A DNA stretch of 40,494 nt from Thraustochytrium aureum (GCA_012862495.1 BLSG01000044.1:1-40494); one strand, 5' to 3'. Counted from the stretch's first letter, positions 22,748-33,966 are shown. Program-made: numbers and translations. The notes: a model not told the origin generated them from the sequence alone.

Positions 22748-23815
22748 ATGGTCAAGTCGGAGACCTTTGCTGGCCCTGGCGCCCCCACCAAGCTGCCGGA
22801 GGGCGTGATCCTCGGCATGGGCAACCCGCTGCTCGACATCAGCGCCCACGTGCCCCAGTCGATGCTGGACAAGTACGAAGTCGCGGCCGGCGCCGCCATC
22901 CTCGCTGAGCCCAAGCACGAGCCGCTCTATGGCGAGCTCGTGCGCGACTACCAGGTCGACTACGTGGCCGGCGGCGCGACGCAAAACTCCATCCGCATCG
23001 CGCAGTGGATGAGCCAGTCCGAGGGCGCCACCACGTATGTGGGCTCGATCGGCAAGGACGAGTTCGGCCAGACGCTCCGCAAAGCTGCCGAAGGCGCTGG
23101 CGTCAAGCCGCTCTACTACGAGTCGGACGAGGCCCCCACCGGCGTGTGCGGCGTGCTCATCGTCGACAAGGAGCGCAGCCTGATCACCAAGCTCGACGCG
23201 GCCAACGAGTACAAGCACACGCACACCTTGAGCGCCGAGGTCCAGGAGGCCGTCATGAAGGCTCAGATCTTCTACTCGGCGAGCTTTTTCCTCACCGTTC
23301 CCGACGGCCCCGAGAGCGCGCTCGCAGTGGCCAAGCATGCCGCTGAGAACAACAAGGTATACTGCATGAACCTCAGCGCCGAGTTCCTCATCGACTTTTT
23401 CGCCGAGCCCATGAACAAGGTTCTGCCGTACGCCGACTTTGTGTTCGGCAACGAGGTCGAGGCCACCCTCTTCGGCAAGAAGCGCGGCTGGGAAGGCGAC
23501 CTCACCGACGTTGCGCTGAAACTCTCGGCCCTGCCCAAGGAGAACGGCTCGCGCCCTCGCGCCGTCGTCTTTTCGCAAGGTGCCGAACCCACAATCGTCG
23601 CTTACAACGGCTCGGTCACCCTGTACCCGGTCCCCCCGCTTGACGTCGACCTGCTTGTCGACACCAACGGCGCTGGCGATGCCTTTGTGGGCGGCTTTCT
23701 GGCTCGCATGGCGGCTGGCCATGAGATCGCCGAGTGCGTGCGCTGCGGCCACTATGCCGCTCGGGTGGTCATCCAGCGCAGTGGCTGCACGGTGCCGAGT
23801 CAGCCCGACATCTAG
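22748..23815 (+). CDS. ADK: Adenosine kinase (PfkB family)
   Basis: GMGNPLLDIS, AGGATQNS, YCMNLSA, FGNEVEA and LVDTNGAGDAFVGGFL motifs; strong GC3 bias. Confidence 0.96.
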   Translation: MVKSETFAGPGAPTKLPEGVILGMGNPLLDISAHVPQSMLDKYEVAAGAAILAEPKHEPLYGELVRDYQVDYVAGGATQNSIRIAQWMSQSEGATTYVGSIGKDEFGQTLRKAAEGAGVKPLYYESDEAPTGVCGVLIVDKERSLITKLDAANEYKHTHTLSAEVQEAVMKAQIFYSASFFLTVPDGPESALAVAKHAAENNKVYCMNLSAEFLIDFFAEPMNKVLPYADFVFGNEVEATLFGKKRGWEGDLTDVALKLSALPKENGSRPRAVVFSQGAEPTIVAYNGSVTLYPVPPLDVDLLVDTNGAGDAFVGGFLARMAAGHEIAECVRCGHYAARVVIQRSGCTVPSQPDI

Positions 23816-24781
23816 TTTGGGCCGCTCGGACTTCTTCCTGGCTTGCGAAATGCCTGGCTTGCGAAATGCGCGACTTGCTGTGAAGGGCCGTGCCGCGCGA
23901 AGCGCGCAGCGCACTGCACGTCACCGGCCCGACACGCCTCGTGCGAGCTCCAGCCCAAGTACCATGCCCTGCGTCTTCGCGTGGCCGTGGGCATGGACTG
24001 TGAAGCAATGGCATTNNNNNNNNNNNNNNNNNNNNNNNNNNNNNNNNNNNNNNNNNNNNNNNNNNNNNNNNNNNNNNNNNNNNNNNNNNNNNNNNNNNNN
24101 NNNNNNNNNNNNNNNNNNNNNNNNNNNNNNNNNNNNNNNNNNNNNNNNNNNNNNNNNNNNNNNNNNNNNNNNNNNNNNNNNNNNNNNNNNNNNNNNNNNN
24201 NNNNNNNNNNNNNNNNNNNNNNNNNNNNNNNNNNNNNNNNNNNNNNNNNNNNNNNNNNNNNNNNNNNNNNNNNNNNNNNNNNNNNNNNNNNNNNNNNNNN
24301 NNNNNNNNNNNNNNNNNNNNNNNNNNNNNNNNNNNNNNNNNNNNNNNNNNNNNNNNNNNNNNNNNNNNNNNNNNNNNNNNNNNNNNNNNNNNNNNNNNNN
24401 NNNNNNNNNNNNNNNNNNNNNNNNNNNNNNNNNNNNNNNNNNNNNNNNNNNNNNNNNNNNNNNNNNNNNNNNNNNNNNNNNNNNNNNNNNNNNNNNNNNN
24501 NNNNNNNNNNCTAATTGGGATGGGACAGACAACGCAAAATTCGAGTTTGTTTCATACCTGGCCGCACGGCATGCGAGTCCAGTGAGGCAGGAGCCTGTCG
24601 AAGGAACCCAATCCGCAACTCTGCACAGCAAGGCAGTGACAAGGCACGGAAAGGACGTCGTGCAGGAGAGCGTCTACCAGCCTCTTCGCCGTGCTGGTCA
24701 CCTGAGACCAGAAAGCTGCTTGGTCGGGACTGTGGCAGCCGCGGCGACGACTTCGTGCTCGCATGAGGGCTGCATTGCCAA

Positions 24782-25282
24782 TCAGGCCGTGTCCATGGCC
24801 TTGGCCTTTGCCTCCTCGAGCTTTGCCATGGCCTTTTCCACCACGTTGGTAGTTTGGCGCTGCTTGGACGCCGCCGGGGCGACCAGGTCGATCGACTGTA
24901 CAATCTCCTTGCGCGTGCGCACGTTCTCGAGCTGCTTGACATTTTTCATTCGCAGTCTGTAGAAGCGCTCCTCGCGTGCCTCGCGAATCTTTTGTACACG
25001 TTTCATCGCCTCGATTGTCTGCTCCATCACGTCGCGGTCGTACTTGACTGGGCGGTTGCGACGCTTCTCGAAGTCGAAGGTCGAGTCGACGGCCATTTCC
25101 TTGCCGCGCGCCTTGCGGAAGGCCTTGGTCCACTTGATCTTGCGCGGGTTGCGCTTGAGCTTGAACGACTTGTGGCATTTTGACCTGCAGAACCTGAACA
25201 CTTTCGAGTCATTCCTCACGAAGCAGATCCCGTGTCCTGGGTACACGGGCCCAGAGCAAACGTAGCACTTCTCGATACGCAT
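24782..25282 (-). CDS. RLP24: Ribosome biogenesis protein RLP24 (RSL24D1)
   Basis: [38 protein letters not shown]...[15 protein letters not shown]...[13 protein letters not shown]. Confidence 0.96.
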   Translation of the reverse strand: MRIEKCYVCSGPVYPGHGICFVRNDSKVFRFCRSKCHKSFKLKRNPRKIKWTKAFRKARGKEMAVDSTFDFEKRRNRPVKYDRDVMEQTIEAMKRVQKIREAREERFYRLRMKNVKQLENVRTRKEIVQSIDLVAPAASKQRQTTNVVEKAMAKLEEAKAKAMDTA

Positions 25283-25681
25283 CGCGCCACGTCGCCGGAG
25301 GCCTGCACGCCACCGCTCAAGGGCAGAAGCTCGGCGTCCTCGTCGAGAGCGCCTGGCACGCCTTGGCGCTTTGGCCGCTCTCTTGGACCTTGCGCTGGGA
25401 CCGCCGCTGCTCCGTTCGCGAGTCTGCACGCGTGAGCACCGCTCGCGATGGCCACCAACCAACCAACCAAAACCACCCAAGCAGACGAGCACTGGGTTTC
25501 AAGCAGATGCTCGCTTTGCTCTCTAGAAATTCAATGACCGAACCAAGCAAAACAAGAGTCAAGCAAACGCCGAGGAGGCTGCCTGCCTATCCTGCCTGCG
25601 CACAGCGCGGACCTTCCGGCGGCCTGCACGGAGGCACAGGGCCACCACGGACCGCTCTCCATCTTCTTTACGTTGTCCCTG

Positions 25682-25756
25682 GAGCAGCAGCAGCACGAGC
25701 AGCAGCAGCACGAGCAGCAGCAGCACGAGCAGCAGCAGCCGAGCAGCAGCAGCACG
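25682..25756. repeat. 15-bp tandem repeat GAGCAGCAGCAGCAC (CAG-derived), about 5 units
   Basis: Directly visible in the divergent intergenic region. Confidence 0.85.
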
Positions 25757-25977
25757 AAGCAGTGGCAACGACCGAGAAGCACGGGCTGCTCTGACGCCGA
25801 TCAACGTCGTCCTACAGCGCCACGGACGACAGCTCTATCGCTCGCGCGCTCTCTCTTTTGGTTGACCATTGATCAAGCCCAAGAGGGAGATCACCAGCAA
25901 CGCCCAGTCGCGCACAACGAAACGGCAGGCTGGAGGACTCGGGCACGCGCCCGCAGGGCGACCCGCGTTCTAGCCAG

Positions 25978-27532
25978 ATGCCTGCAGCGGTGGTTCATCT
26001 CGACGTCGAGCTCAGCGAGCTTTCGCTGCAAGACGTCGAGGCAGAAGCCCGCGGCGGCGATATCCATGCCCCCCGAGCTTCGACAGACGGCTCTCGCAGG
26101 ACGTTGGGAAGCGGCGCAGATGGCTTCCAGTCCGTGCGGTCAGACAGCCAGGACGACTTTCCGCCGCTAGAAGGCGAGACAGGCGAGGATCAGCAGAGCA
26201 AGGTTATCCCCGGCAACTCGAGCAAAGTCGGCGCCGCGTTCAACTTTGTCAACAGCATCGTCGGGGCGGGCATCATAGGACTCGCATACGCTGTTCGGGA
26301 GAGCGGTTTTGGCATCGGCCTCTTCATGCTCGTGTTCGTTGCGATCCTGACCTACCAGAGTGTCAATATGATCGTCGGGTGCGGGATCAAGGCGCAGGCG
26401 CGCAGCTACGAAGGGTTGTGTCGCGTCTGCTTTGGCCAGAGCGGTTTCTATTGCGTCTCGCTCTTTATGTTCATCTTCGCCTTTGGGGCGATGTGCGCTT
26501 ACCTTGTGATCGTTGGCGACACGATCCCCGTCGTGCTCGAGCACCTAGGCGGCTTTGATTTTTCACGCGAGGCGGTCATTGCCACGTTTGCCGTCTTTAT
26601 CATCCTACCGCTCTGCTTGTTGCGCGACATGGCGGCACTCAGCTGGAGCTCGACGCTCAGCATCTCGGCGGACGCGGTCATCGTTGTCATTGTGCTGTGG
26701 AGGTCTGTGTCAGTGTCGGCGGAGCTTGCGGACCAAGTGGATCGTCGCATCTCGTTTGCCGAGCCCTCTCTGTTCGCTGGGCTCGGTGTCATCTCGTTTG
26801 CGTACGTGTGTCAGCACTCGAGCTTTATCGTGTTTAACACGCTGCGCGAACCAACGATGAGTAGCTGGCGGCTGGTCAACGTCGGGTCGATTTGCGCCGC
26901 ATTCCTTCTCTCGATATTGCTGGCTCTGTCCGGGTATCTAACTTTCTTCGACACGACCAAGGCCAACGTGCTCAACAACTTTGCCTGCAACGACCAGGCC
27001 ATCAACTTTGCGCGGCTTTTGTTGGCCGTGACGATGGTTTTCACATTTCCGATGGAGAATTTTGTGGCTCGCCACTCGCTCTTTGCGCTGTGCAAGGGGT
27101 TTTCACCCGAGCTCAAGGGGCCGCGCGCCATGTCGGACGGTTGGCACTTTGGCCTCTCGTTGGGCCTCTGGGGCGCGGCTTTACTGGTTGGCCTGGTCGT
27201 GCGTGACCTGGGCGTGGTAATTGAGCTCACAGGGGCGCTCGGGTGGGAGCATGCTCGGGTATATTCTGCCCGCGGTGTGCTACTTCAAGGTCCATTCGTT
27301 CCGCGGCTTGTACAACCGGAGCCGTGCGGTATGGAAGCCGGCCCACCCTGCGTTCGAGCCCTACCTTATCACGCGTCTTCACGCAATGAACGACTTTTGG
27401 CTCCCGCTGTTCATGCTCGCGTTCGGATTCATTGCAATGATAGCAGGAACTGTGACTGCGCTTGCTGACTCGCGTCGCGGGGCGGGCGTGCACGAGTGCC
27501 TTGGATTTAACGATACCGTTACTGTGCCTTGA
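25978..27532 (+). CDS. Amino acid transporter, Aa_trans family (SLC38A11/AVT2-like); one frameshift at ~27241-27243
   Basis: FNFVNSIVGAGIIGLAYA, MCAYLVIVGDTIP, FAYVCQHSSF, FTFPME. The C-terminal GGSMLGYILPA... lies in the +1 frame. Confidence 0.9.
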
Positions 27533-27739
27533 CGAGGCCTAAAGCGACCTGCTGGCGCGGCGACGACTTTTAGCAGAGCGTACTCTAGAGGCGCCTGCAC
27601 TTCAGCAGCTTGTTTTTGATGTCTGATATCTATAGATAGAGGTCTGTTTCTCTCGGGCGCGGGCTCTGGCACCGATGCGCGCCAGGGACGCTCCACCCGC
27701 AGCGCAAATGTTGGCGGAAAAATGACTAAAGGGTCGGTC

Positions 27740-28198
27740 TCACAAGTGCGCCTTGAGATAGCACTCGCGGTTGTCCTTGATGGCGTCGCACGACAGGCCT
27801 GCGCTGCGCACGCCGGCGATCGCACAGGCCTCGTCCGCCTCCGAGAGATCGCCGCTGATGCCAACTGCACCAATAATCTTGCCGCTGTGGTCCTTGATAA
27901 GCACACCGCCAGGCACAGGTACCACGTTGCCGCCCGTGGCGGCGAACGCAGAGTTCATGAAGGCGGGACGCGCCTCGGCGATCTTGGCAAGGCCAGCAGA
28001 GTCCATCCCGAACCCGAGCGCGCCCATGGCTTTGCCGCGCGCCACGGCCTCGCGGAACAGCGAGGCGCCGTCCTCCTTCTTGAAGGCGACGAGGTGGCCG
28101 CCAGCGTCCAGCACGGCTACAGTCAGCGGCTGGAGCTTATTCTTGCGTCCCACCTGGAGAGCGCGCTCCACGACCTCTGCGGCTGCTTTGAGGTCCAT
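27740..28198 (-). CDS. GlcG/HbpS family haem-binding protein (DUF336)
   Basis: VAVLDAGGHLVAF.KEDGA, ARGKAMGA and VPVPGGVLI.D..G.IIGAVGISGD.SEADEACAIAG signature; 152 aa, intronless. Confidence 0.9.
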   Translation of the reverse strand: MDLKAAAEVVERALQVGRKNKLQPLTVAVLDAGGHLVAFKKEDGASLFREAVARGKAMGALGFGMDSAGLAKIAEARPAFMNSAFAATGGNVVPVPGGVLIKDHSGKIIGAVGISGDLSEADEACAIAGVRSAGLSCDAIKDNRECYLKAHL

Positions 28199-28720
28199 TT
28201 GATGCTGCTATGTGGTCGACTGACACGCGCCTTCTCGCTCGCCGTCTGCTCGCGTGGGTCGTCGTTGGTGCTCTGCTGTTGTGTGCGTCGCATGGATAAG
28301 AGTGAAAACTCGGGCGTCCGTCGAGTCGGAAGGCGCTGGGTCGTTTTGTTCGCCACTCTTCTTTGCTCGGAGCCGCAGGGATGGAGGGGGGGTGAGTTGG
28401 CCCTCACCGGCCCGTTCAGCGGAGGAAGAGGGAGGTGCTCCGCCCCGCACGTTAGCGTCGAGCAAGCAGAGTCCTGCTCGACGTCCAGGCCCCCATCATC
28501 AGGCAGGCCACGACTCCACAGATCATGAGACTGCCAAATTGCAGTGCCAAAAGAAAGGCNNNNNNNNNNNNNNNNNNNNNNNNNNNNNNNNNNNNNNNNN
28601 NNNNNNNCTCTTGCGAGGTGGTCGTTGAGGCGTTTCGTCTGCCTCCACAATCCATCCGCCCAGCAGCGGCCAGTGCTCGACCAGGTCCGGAGGAGCGCCC
28701 GCGACCCTGCCAGGGCGCGC

Positions 28721-28797
28721 CGCGAGGGATCGCGAGGGATCGCGAGGCGAGCCGCGGAGGCGAGCCGCGGAGGCGAGCCGCGGAGGCGAGCCGCGAA
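28721..28797. repeat. GC-rich tandem repeats (CGCGAGGGAT x2; GGCGAGCCGCGGA about x4)
   Basis: Directly visible upstream of the 29008 ORF. Confidence 0.8.
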
Positions 28798-29007
28798 GGA
28801 GGTGCCCGAAGGCGCCGCTCGGCAGGCAGGCGCTGCGCGGTAGGTAGGCAGGCGCTGAGGCGCACTCTCTCGCGCGCGCCAGGCCGCGTGGCCGTCGGCG
28901 CGGAGGCCTCTGGGGGCGCTCGCTGCTGCGGTCGCACCGCCGGCAGGACTGACGGCTAAAGCGCTGCTCCAGCGCAACCGCGAGCTGGCGCGAGTGCTGC
29001 GGGCAAG

Positions 29008-31272
29008 ATGATCAAGCAGCTGGTTGGGCGCAAGACCTCGTCCATCAAGTCCCTCAAAGAGAAGAAGCTCCTGCGGTGGACCTCTGGGGGCAACAAGGCC
29101 ACTAGCGCCGGCGGCACGAGCAGCCCTGGGGACACGCGAATCGCAAGCGCTGCAGCAGGAGAAGAGGACGATGTCCTGGGTGTGATTGCCGATTACTTGC
29201 AGCAGCTGGGTTTTGAGCGCTCGCTGGCCGCCAAAGTGCTGCGCAAGTTCCGGCGCCACAGCCAGGCAGTGGCGCCAGAGATCCACGAGATCTTCAAGCG
29301 GCTCCACGTCGCGCAAGGCCCTGCCTGCGTGGAGGACGTCCTCCTGAACGCGCTCCCGGACAAGTACAAGGCCGCCAGCTACAGGCATCTGTACGCGCCG
29401 CTTGTCCGATACAGCGAGCTATTCCAGACACTGGCCAAAGCCGTGCCCGACGAAGAGCTCTGCTTGTTCGAAGCGCGATTGGTGCAGAGCTTTGCGCGCG
29501 AGCACATAAGCGCAAACCGCTACCTTGCTGTTTCGCCTCGCGGGGCACTCTACATCGTGCGCCGCGGTGCGGTCCGGGTTTACCAAAAGGGCACCCTGGT
29601 GGCTACGCTGGAGCGGGGCGCAGTCTTTGAGATTTGCTGCCTCTCGGAGCAGTTTGTCTCCATCCATCACGTCCACCACACACCCTCTTCGCCATCTGGG
29701 GCTGCCGCGACCGACAGTAACAGCTTGTTTGACCTCGTTCACGCAGATAGTGACCAGGCGCACCTGCACCAGAGCGCCGAGTCAAAGAACACAGAGAGCG
29801 GGCTCAGACACTCGCCCTTCGATGAATTTGACGAAGCTGACGACGAAGAGGACGCGGCTGTTGACGGGCTCGGCGAATCCGCGGTGTTCGGCCTGGGCTC
29901 GCTAGCCGGGTCTGCAGCCCTAACAGGGTCGTTTGGCGAAGCCGACGGCGCGCGCGACACCCCGGCCTCCGATGCTGGCGCAGGCCTTGCCGGGACGGCG
30001 AGCGCCAACCCCGGCGCCGATGACGCAAGCCCTTTGCGTGGCAACGGTGTTGGTTCTGTGAGCAGGCGCGCCGACACAGTCTCATCGTTCAGCATCGGTG
30101 CCCGGACCTCGGCCCAACACCAGAGCCTGGGCCCGAGACGGGCAAGCGCGAGTGGCGGCAGCCCAAGCCGAGCGGATGCAGGCGAGTCGGATGACTCAGC
30201 TTCGGTCTCGAGCGTTGACGAGGCCGACGACCCGTTTTTGGAGGCCACCGCTGTGTCGTCGTCGTCGCCCATGGGCCTCTTTGGCAGGGATAGCGGCAAG
30301 CTTTCCAGTCGTCGTGGCAGCTCGCTCAACAAGCGCAGGCGGTCTCTGGTGAACGCATTCGGGCTCTTGCAGCGGCGACGCAGCAGCACTGAAGATCCCA
30401 GGCGCGGTAGCCTTTCCATGCAGACGAGCAAGGACATCCAGCTCTTTCCTTGGAGCACGGTCAACATTTGCGCAATAGACGAGGACGCCTCCGAAGGTGC
30501 GCTCTCCGCGGGGACTTGTTTTGGCGGGGGCGACTCCATCGCAGCAGCGGGGTACGGGCTTGGTGTAGAGCTCGGCGTCCTTTCTTCGGACAACTTGCGC
30601 GCCTTGGTGGCTGATTTTCCGAGTATCCAGCGCAACCTGGAGGTTTTGTCGGTGTCGGTTGAGGTGCAGATCGAAAAGGAGGCGGAGGCGGCCCGCCGCA
30701 AGCAAGAGTTGCTTCGAAAGCGGCTCGAGCTGCAACACAAGAACGCTATCAACCGCGAACTGGAGCTTGCTTGTCAGAATGGCTCCGTCGACGCTGCACA
30801 GGAGGCTGTGGTGGCGGGGGCGAGCGTCAATGAGGCGCTGGATGCCTCTGGCGCGACGGCACTTCACATTGCTGCGCTTTTCGGTCACGCCGATGTTGTA
30901 AACCTGCTTCTCCGCCTCGGCGCAGACATCCGCAACAAGGACAAGGAGGACCGGACTCCGCTGCATCTTTGCTGCCTCGTCGGCTCGTGGACGCGGTCTG
31001 TGGCGGCCAAGGTTGTCAACCTCCTCATCCAGCATGAGACGTGCTTGTATCAAACGGACATGTGGGGAAACACACCTCTGCACCTGGCTGCTAGCACAGG
31101 CGATGTCGTGCTTTTGGAGATTCTCATGGACCATGTTGCTCGGAATGGTGACGCTGCCAGTCTTGTCGCACTCGTGAACGCTGATGGGCTCACCCCGCTC
31201 GAGCTTTGCAACACACTGGAGGCGCGCCGCATTCTCAAGCCTAAGACGCACTTCATCGGCAACCTTCGTTAG
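29008..31272 (+). CDS. Cyclic-nucleotide-binding-like domain plus ankyrin-repeat protein, 754 aa
   Basis: LYIVRRGAVRV...VATLERGAVF (CNBD strands); ankyrin repeats GATALHIAALFGHADVVNLLL, RTPLHLCC, GNTPLHLAA, GLTPLEL; caagATG start. Confidence 0.82.
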   Translation: MIKQLVGRKTSSIKSLKEKKLLRWTSGGNKATSAGGTSSPGDTRIASAAAGEEDDVLGVIADYLQQLGFERSLAAKVLRKFRRHSQAVAPEIHEIFKRLHVAQGPACVEDVLLNALPDKYKAASYRHLYAPLVRYSELFQTLAKAVPDEELCLFEARLVQSFAREHISANRYLAVSPRGALYIVRRGAVRVYQKGTLVATLERGAVFEICCLSEQFVSIHHVHHTPSSPSGAAATDSNSLFDLVHADSDQAHLHQSAESKNTESGLRHSPFDEFDEADDEEDAAVDGLGESAVFGLGSLAGSAALTGSFGEADGARDTPASDAGAGLAGTASANPGADDASPLRGNGVGSVSRRADTVSSFSIGARTSAQHQSLGPRRASASGGSPSRADAGESDDSASVSSVDEADDPFLEATAVSSSSPMGLFGRDSGKLSSRRGSSLNKRRRSLVNAFGLLQRRRSSTEDPRRGSLSMQTSKDIQLFPWSTVNICAIDEDASEGALSAGTCFGGGDSIAAAGYGLGVELGVLSSDNLRALVADFPSIQRNLEVLSVSVEVQIEKEAEAARRKQELLRKRLELQHKNAINRELELACQNGSVDAAQEAVVAGASVNEALDASGATALHIAALFGHADVVNLLLRLGADIRNKDKEDRTPLHLCCLVGSWTRSVAAKVVNLLIQHETCLYQTDMWGNTPLHLAASTGDVVLLEILMDHVARNGDAASLVALVNADGLTPLELCNTLEARRILKPKTHFIGNLR

Positions 31273-32434
31273 GAGATCCTTGGCCATCGAGTCCAAGGCG
31301 TCGGCGGCGGCGGTGGCGGCGGCGGCGGCTGATCGGCTGTTTGCAGGTTGCAAGCAAGAGGCTCGGAGAGTCGCCGGGCTGGGCTCACCGTCGACGGCGT
31401 GGTTGACGAGGCAGTCGCTCCAGATGCGCTGTGTTGTAGTTTTTTTTTGTCTTGTTGCTTGTTTCCTTCAAGTGGGAAAGCCAACGAGTCGTGAGCATTA
31501 CCGTGAATTAGGCTTCCTCAGGCCGCCTTATAAATAGCGAAACCCGCTGTCGAGGGCCGAAGGGGCGATTAATTGGTGTCCATCGCTGCAACGAACGAGG
31601 TGTGCCAACGAGTGCAGCCAAATCGATTCTTTCGAGAGTGGGGCATTCGCGACGTGATTCGCGAGCCAAGGCAGCGCAAAGAGAGCCTCGAGGCTGTGGT
31701 GGGATGTCCTGCTTGCTGCCATTCAATTCGCTCCTGCAGATTCGGACGGACGCGTTGCGCAAATGCCCTCCGACTATTCATGAAAGATCTTCTTTTGCGT
31801 CTGTCTCGCTTTGGCCTGCCCTCTCGCGCAAACTCTCGCGCGACATGCGAACTCCCGCGCGGCGAGCAACAACGAAAAGGGCGACCAGTTGATTTCATGC
31901 CCCCTGTTTTCAGTCGAGGAGACTGAGCTAAAGGCTAGAACTGCCAACGAATGGGTCGGAGACAGGCGCAGCGCGACCACCCGAGCCAGTGCGAGTGGGG
32001 AGTTTATTCAACAAGAGCAATTCGGCGCTCCGCCCGCATGAACTGAACGTCCGAGTCGGAACTGAAGGCTTGTCCGCAGGCCAGCCTTGTTGCATCGCTA
32101 AGAACAGCAGATGCAACTGTGAGCTCGACTCAGGCAGGCCTACCTGAGATGATGAGATAAGATCTACTCTGCCTTGCTGAAGCGAAAGAGCTCTCTGCTC
32201 CTAGCTGCTCCAGCTAGAGCTAGTAGAGAGCTGGTAGTTACTGCCCAGGAAGTGTTTGGCAAACAACGATAGGAAGTAGACCTGATGAAAATCCTTCTCT
32301 TCAGCTGAATGGACCGCCGACAGGACGGAGGGGACAAACGGGACGCCGCGAGCGCGCTGTTCCGGCGAAAAAGGGACAAGAACTGACTACGACCAGCCCC
32401 GCGCTCCGGAATTCTGTCTTTCTGCACTCGCTGT

Positions 32435-33856
32435 TTACATACTGAGCCAGTACGTGCGGCGGCGCAGCCAGTTGTAGTCAGGGAGCTCATGAATAGGTCC
32501 AAGAGCAGCCATGGCAACATCCTGGTCGCTGATGTATTTGGTGGCAACCTTCTTGACGGTGGCCGCGTCAACGGCATCAATCCGCGCAAAGATCTCGGCA
32601 GCCGTAAGGCGGCGGTTGTAGGTGAGCATTTGGCGGCCAATGTCCTCGCAAACCTGCGAAGTCGAGTCGAGGTGGGCGAGCATGGTTGCCTTGAGCTGCG
32701 TGCGGGCCCGAGCCACCTCCTCCTCTGTGGTGTGGTGGCAGAGACGCACGGCGCTCTCGAGAGTGTGAAAGCACAGGTCCTGCAGGGAGGTCGGTTCGGC
32801 CACGGCGTACACCCCAAAAAGACCAGTGTCCTTGTAGCAAGAGTTGAAGCTCATCACGGAATGCGCGCACTCGGCCTCTGCCACAGCCTGGCAGAGCTTG
32901 GAAGCCATGTTGGCGCCGCCACCGCTAGTGCGCGACCAGCAGCCGAGCATGGTCTGCATGATCATGAGCGGGAAGGCGTCCTCAGAAGCCCAGCCAGCGC
33001 TCTCGAACGCGATCGCGACGTGGGCGAGCCCCTGGCCGTCCTCGCGGATGCGGATCTCGCTGCCCGTGAAAGTGGCCGGCTCCATGGCGGCGGCCACCGC
33101 GTTGGGCGACTCAGAGGCCAGCGAACCGAAATGCTTGTTGGCGAGCTCGGCGAGCTGAGCGTGGTCGACGGCGCCGGCGCCGGCAACTACGGTGCGCGGT
33201 GCCGTGTAGTGCGTCTGGATGTATGAGGTAAGGTCGTCGCGCGAGATGGACAGAATGTTCTCGCGCGGGCCGAGGATGGTGCGGCCAAGCCCGGTGCCCA
33301 TGTACGCGGTCTCGTGCAGGCGGTCAAAGATAACCTCTTCGGGCTCCTTCTCCACCTCCTGCATTTCGCGCAAAATCACGTCACGCTCGCGGTCGATGGC
33401 GGCCGCGTCAAAGGTGGCGTTCTGCACAATGTCGGCCAGGATCTCCACGGCCTTGGGGACGTCCTGCTTGAAAACCTTGGCATAGTACACGGTCTGCTCC
33501 CTGCTCGTGTACGCGTTCAGGTGGCCGCCCATGTTTTCGATCTCGTTCTCAAGCTGCGCCTGGGTGCGGTTGCTCGTGCCTTTGAAGGCCATGTGCTCCA
33601 GAAAGTGGGCCACGCCATTGTTCTTTTCGGTCTCGTACCGCGAGCCGGCGTCGATCCAGACGCCGACGGTCGCGGTTTCGCCGTGGCCGCCCTCGGACGC
33701 GACGCGGAGCCCGTTGCCCAGCGTGGTCGTTTCGGTCGCCGGTGCGTTGAGGATGTACTGGGGGAACGCGCCAGCCGCCGAGGCGAGGGTGCGCGACGAC
33801 GCCGCCCGCGTCAGGCTGGCGGCCTTGCTGGCCCCGCGCACAGCATTGTGCAGCAT
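32435..33856 (-). CDS. PMPCB: Mitochondrial processing peptidase beta subunit (M16B)
   Basis: Arg/Ala/Ser-rich presequence; HFLEH zinc motif; HLNAYTSREQTVYYA; YKDTGLFG; C-terminal LPDYNWLRRRTYWL. Confidence 0.96.
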   Translation of the reverse strand: MLHNAVRGASKAASLTRAASSRTLASAAGAFPQYILNAPATETTTLGNGLRVASEGGHGETATVGVWIDAGSRYETEKNNGVAHFLEHMAFKGTSNRTQAQLENEIENMGGHLNAYTSREQTVYYAKVFKQDVPKAVEILADIVQNATFDAAAIDRERDVILREMQEVEKEPEEVIFDRLHETAYMGTGLGRTILGPRENILSISRDDLTSYIQTHYTAPRTVVAGAGAVDHAQLAELANKHFGSLASESPNAVAAAMEPATFTGSEIRIREDGQGLAHVAIAFESAGWASEDAFPLMIMQTMLGCWSRTSGGGANMASKLCQAVAEAECAHSVMSFNSCYKDTGLFGVYAVAEPTSLQDLCFHTLESAVRLCHHTTEEEVARARTQLKATMLAHLDSTSQVCEDIGRQMLTYNRRLTAAEIFARIDAVDAATVKKVATKYISDQDVAMAALGPIHELPDYNWLRRRTYWLSM

Positions 33857-33876
33857 CTTGCTCTCCTCCCTCTCTC

Positions 33877-33931
33877 CTGTCTGCCTGCCTGCCTATCTGC
33901 TTTCCTGCGCGCTGCCTGCCTGCCTGCCTGT

Positions 33932-33966
<35 letters not shown>

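Noticed and set aside
32149..32308. ATGATGA...CTGA boxes suggestive of a C/D snoRNA
   Set aside because: No terminal stem or recognisable rRNA-complementary guide; such short motifs arise by chance.
22724..33485. Long antisense ORFs over ADK, the CNBD-ankyrin gene and MPP-beta
   Set aside because: Expected shadows of strong GC3 codon bias.
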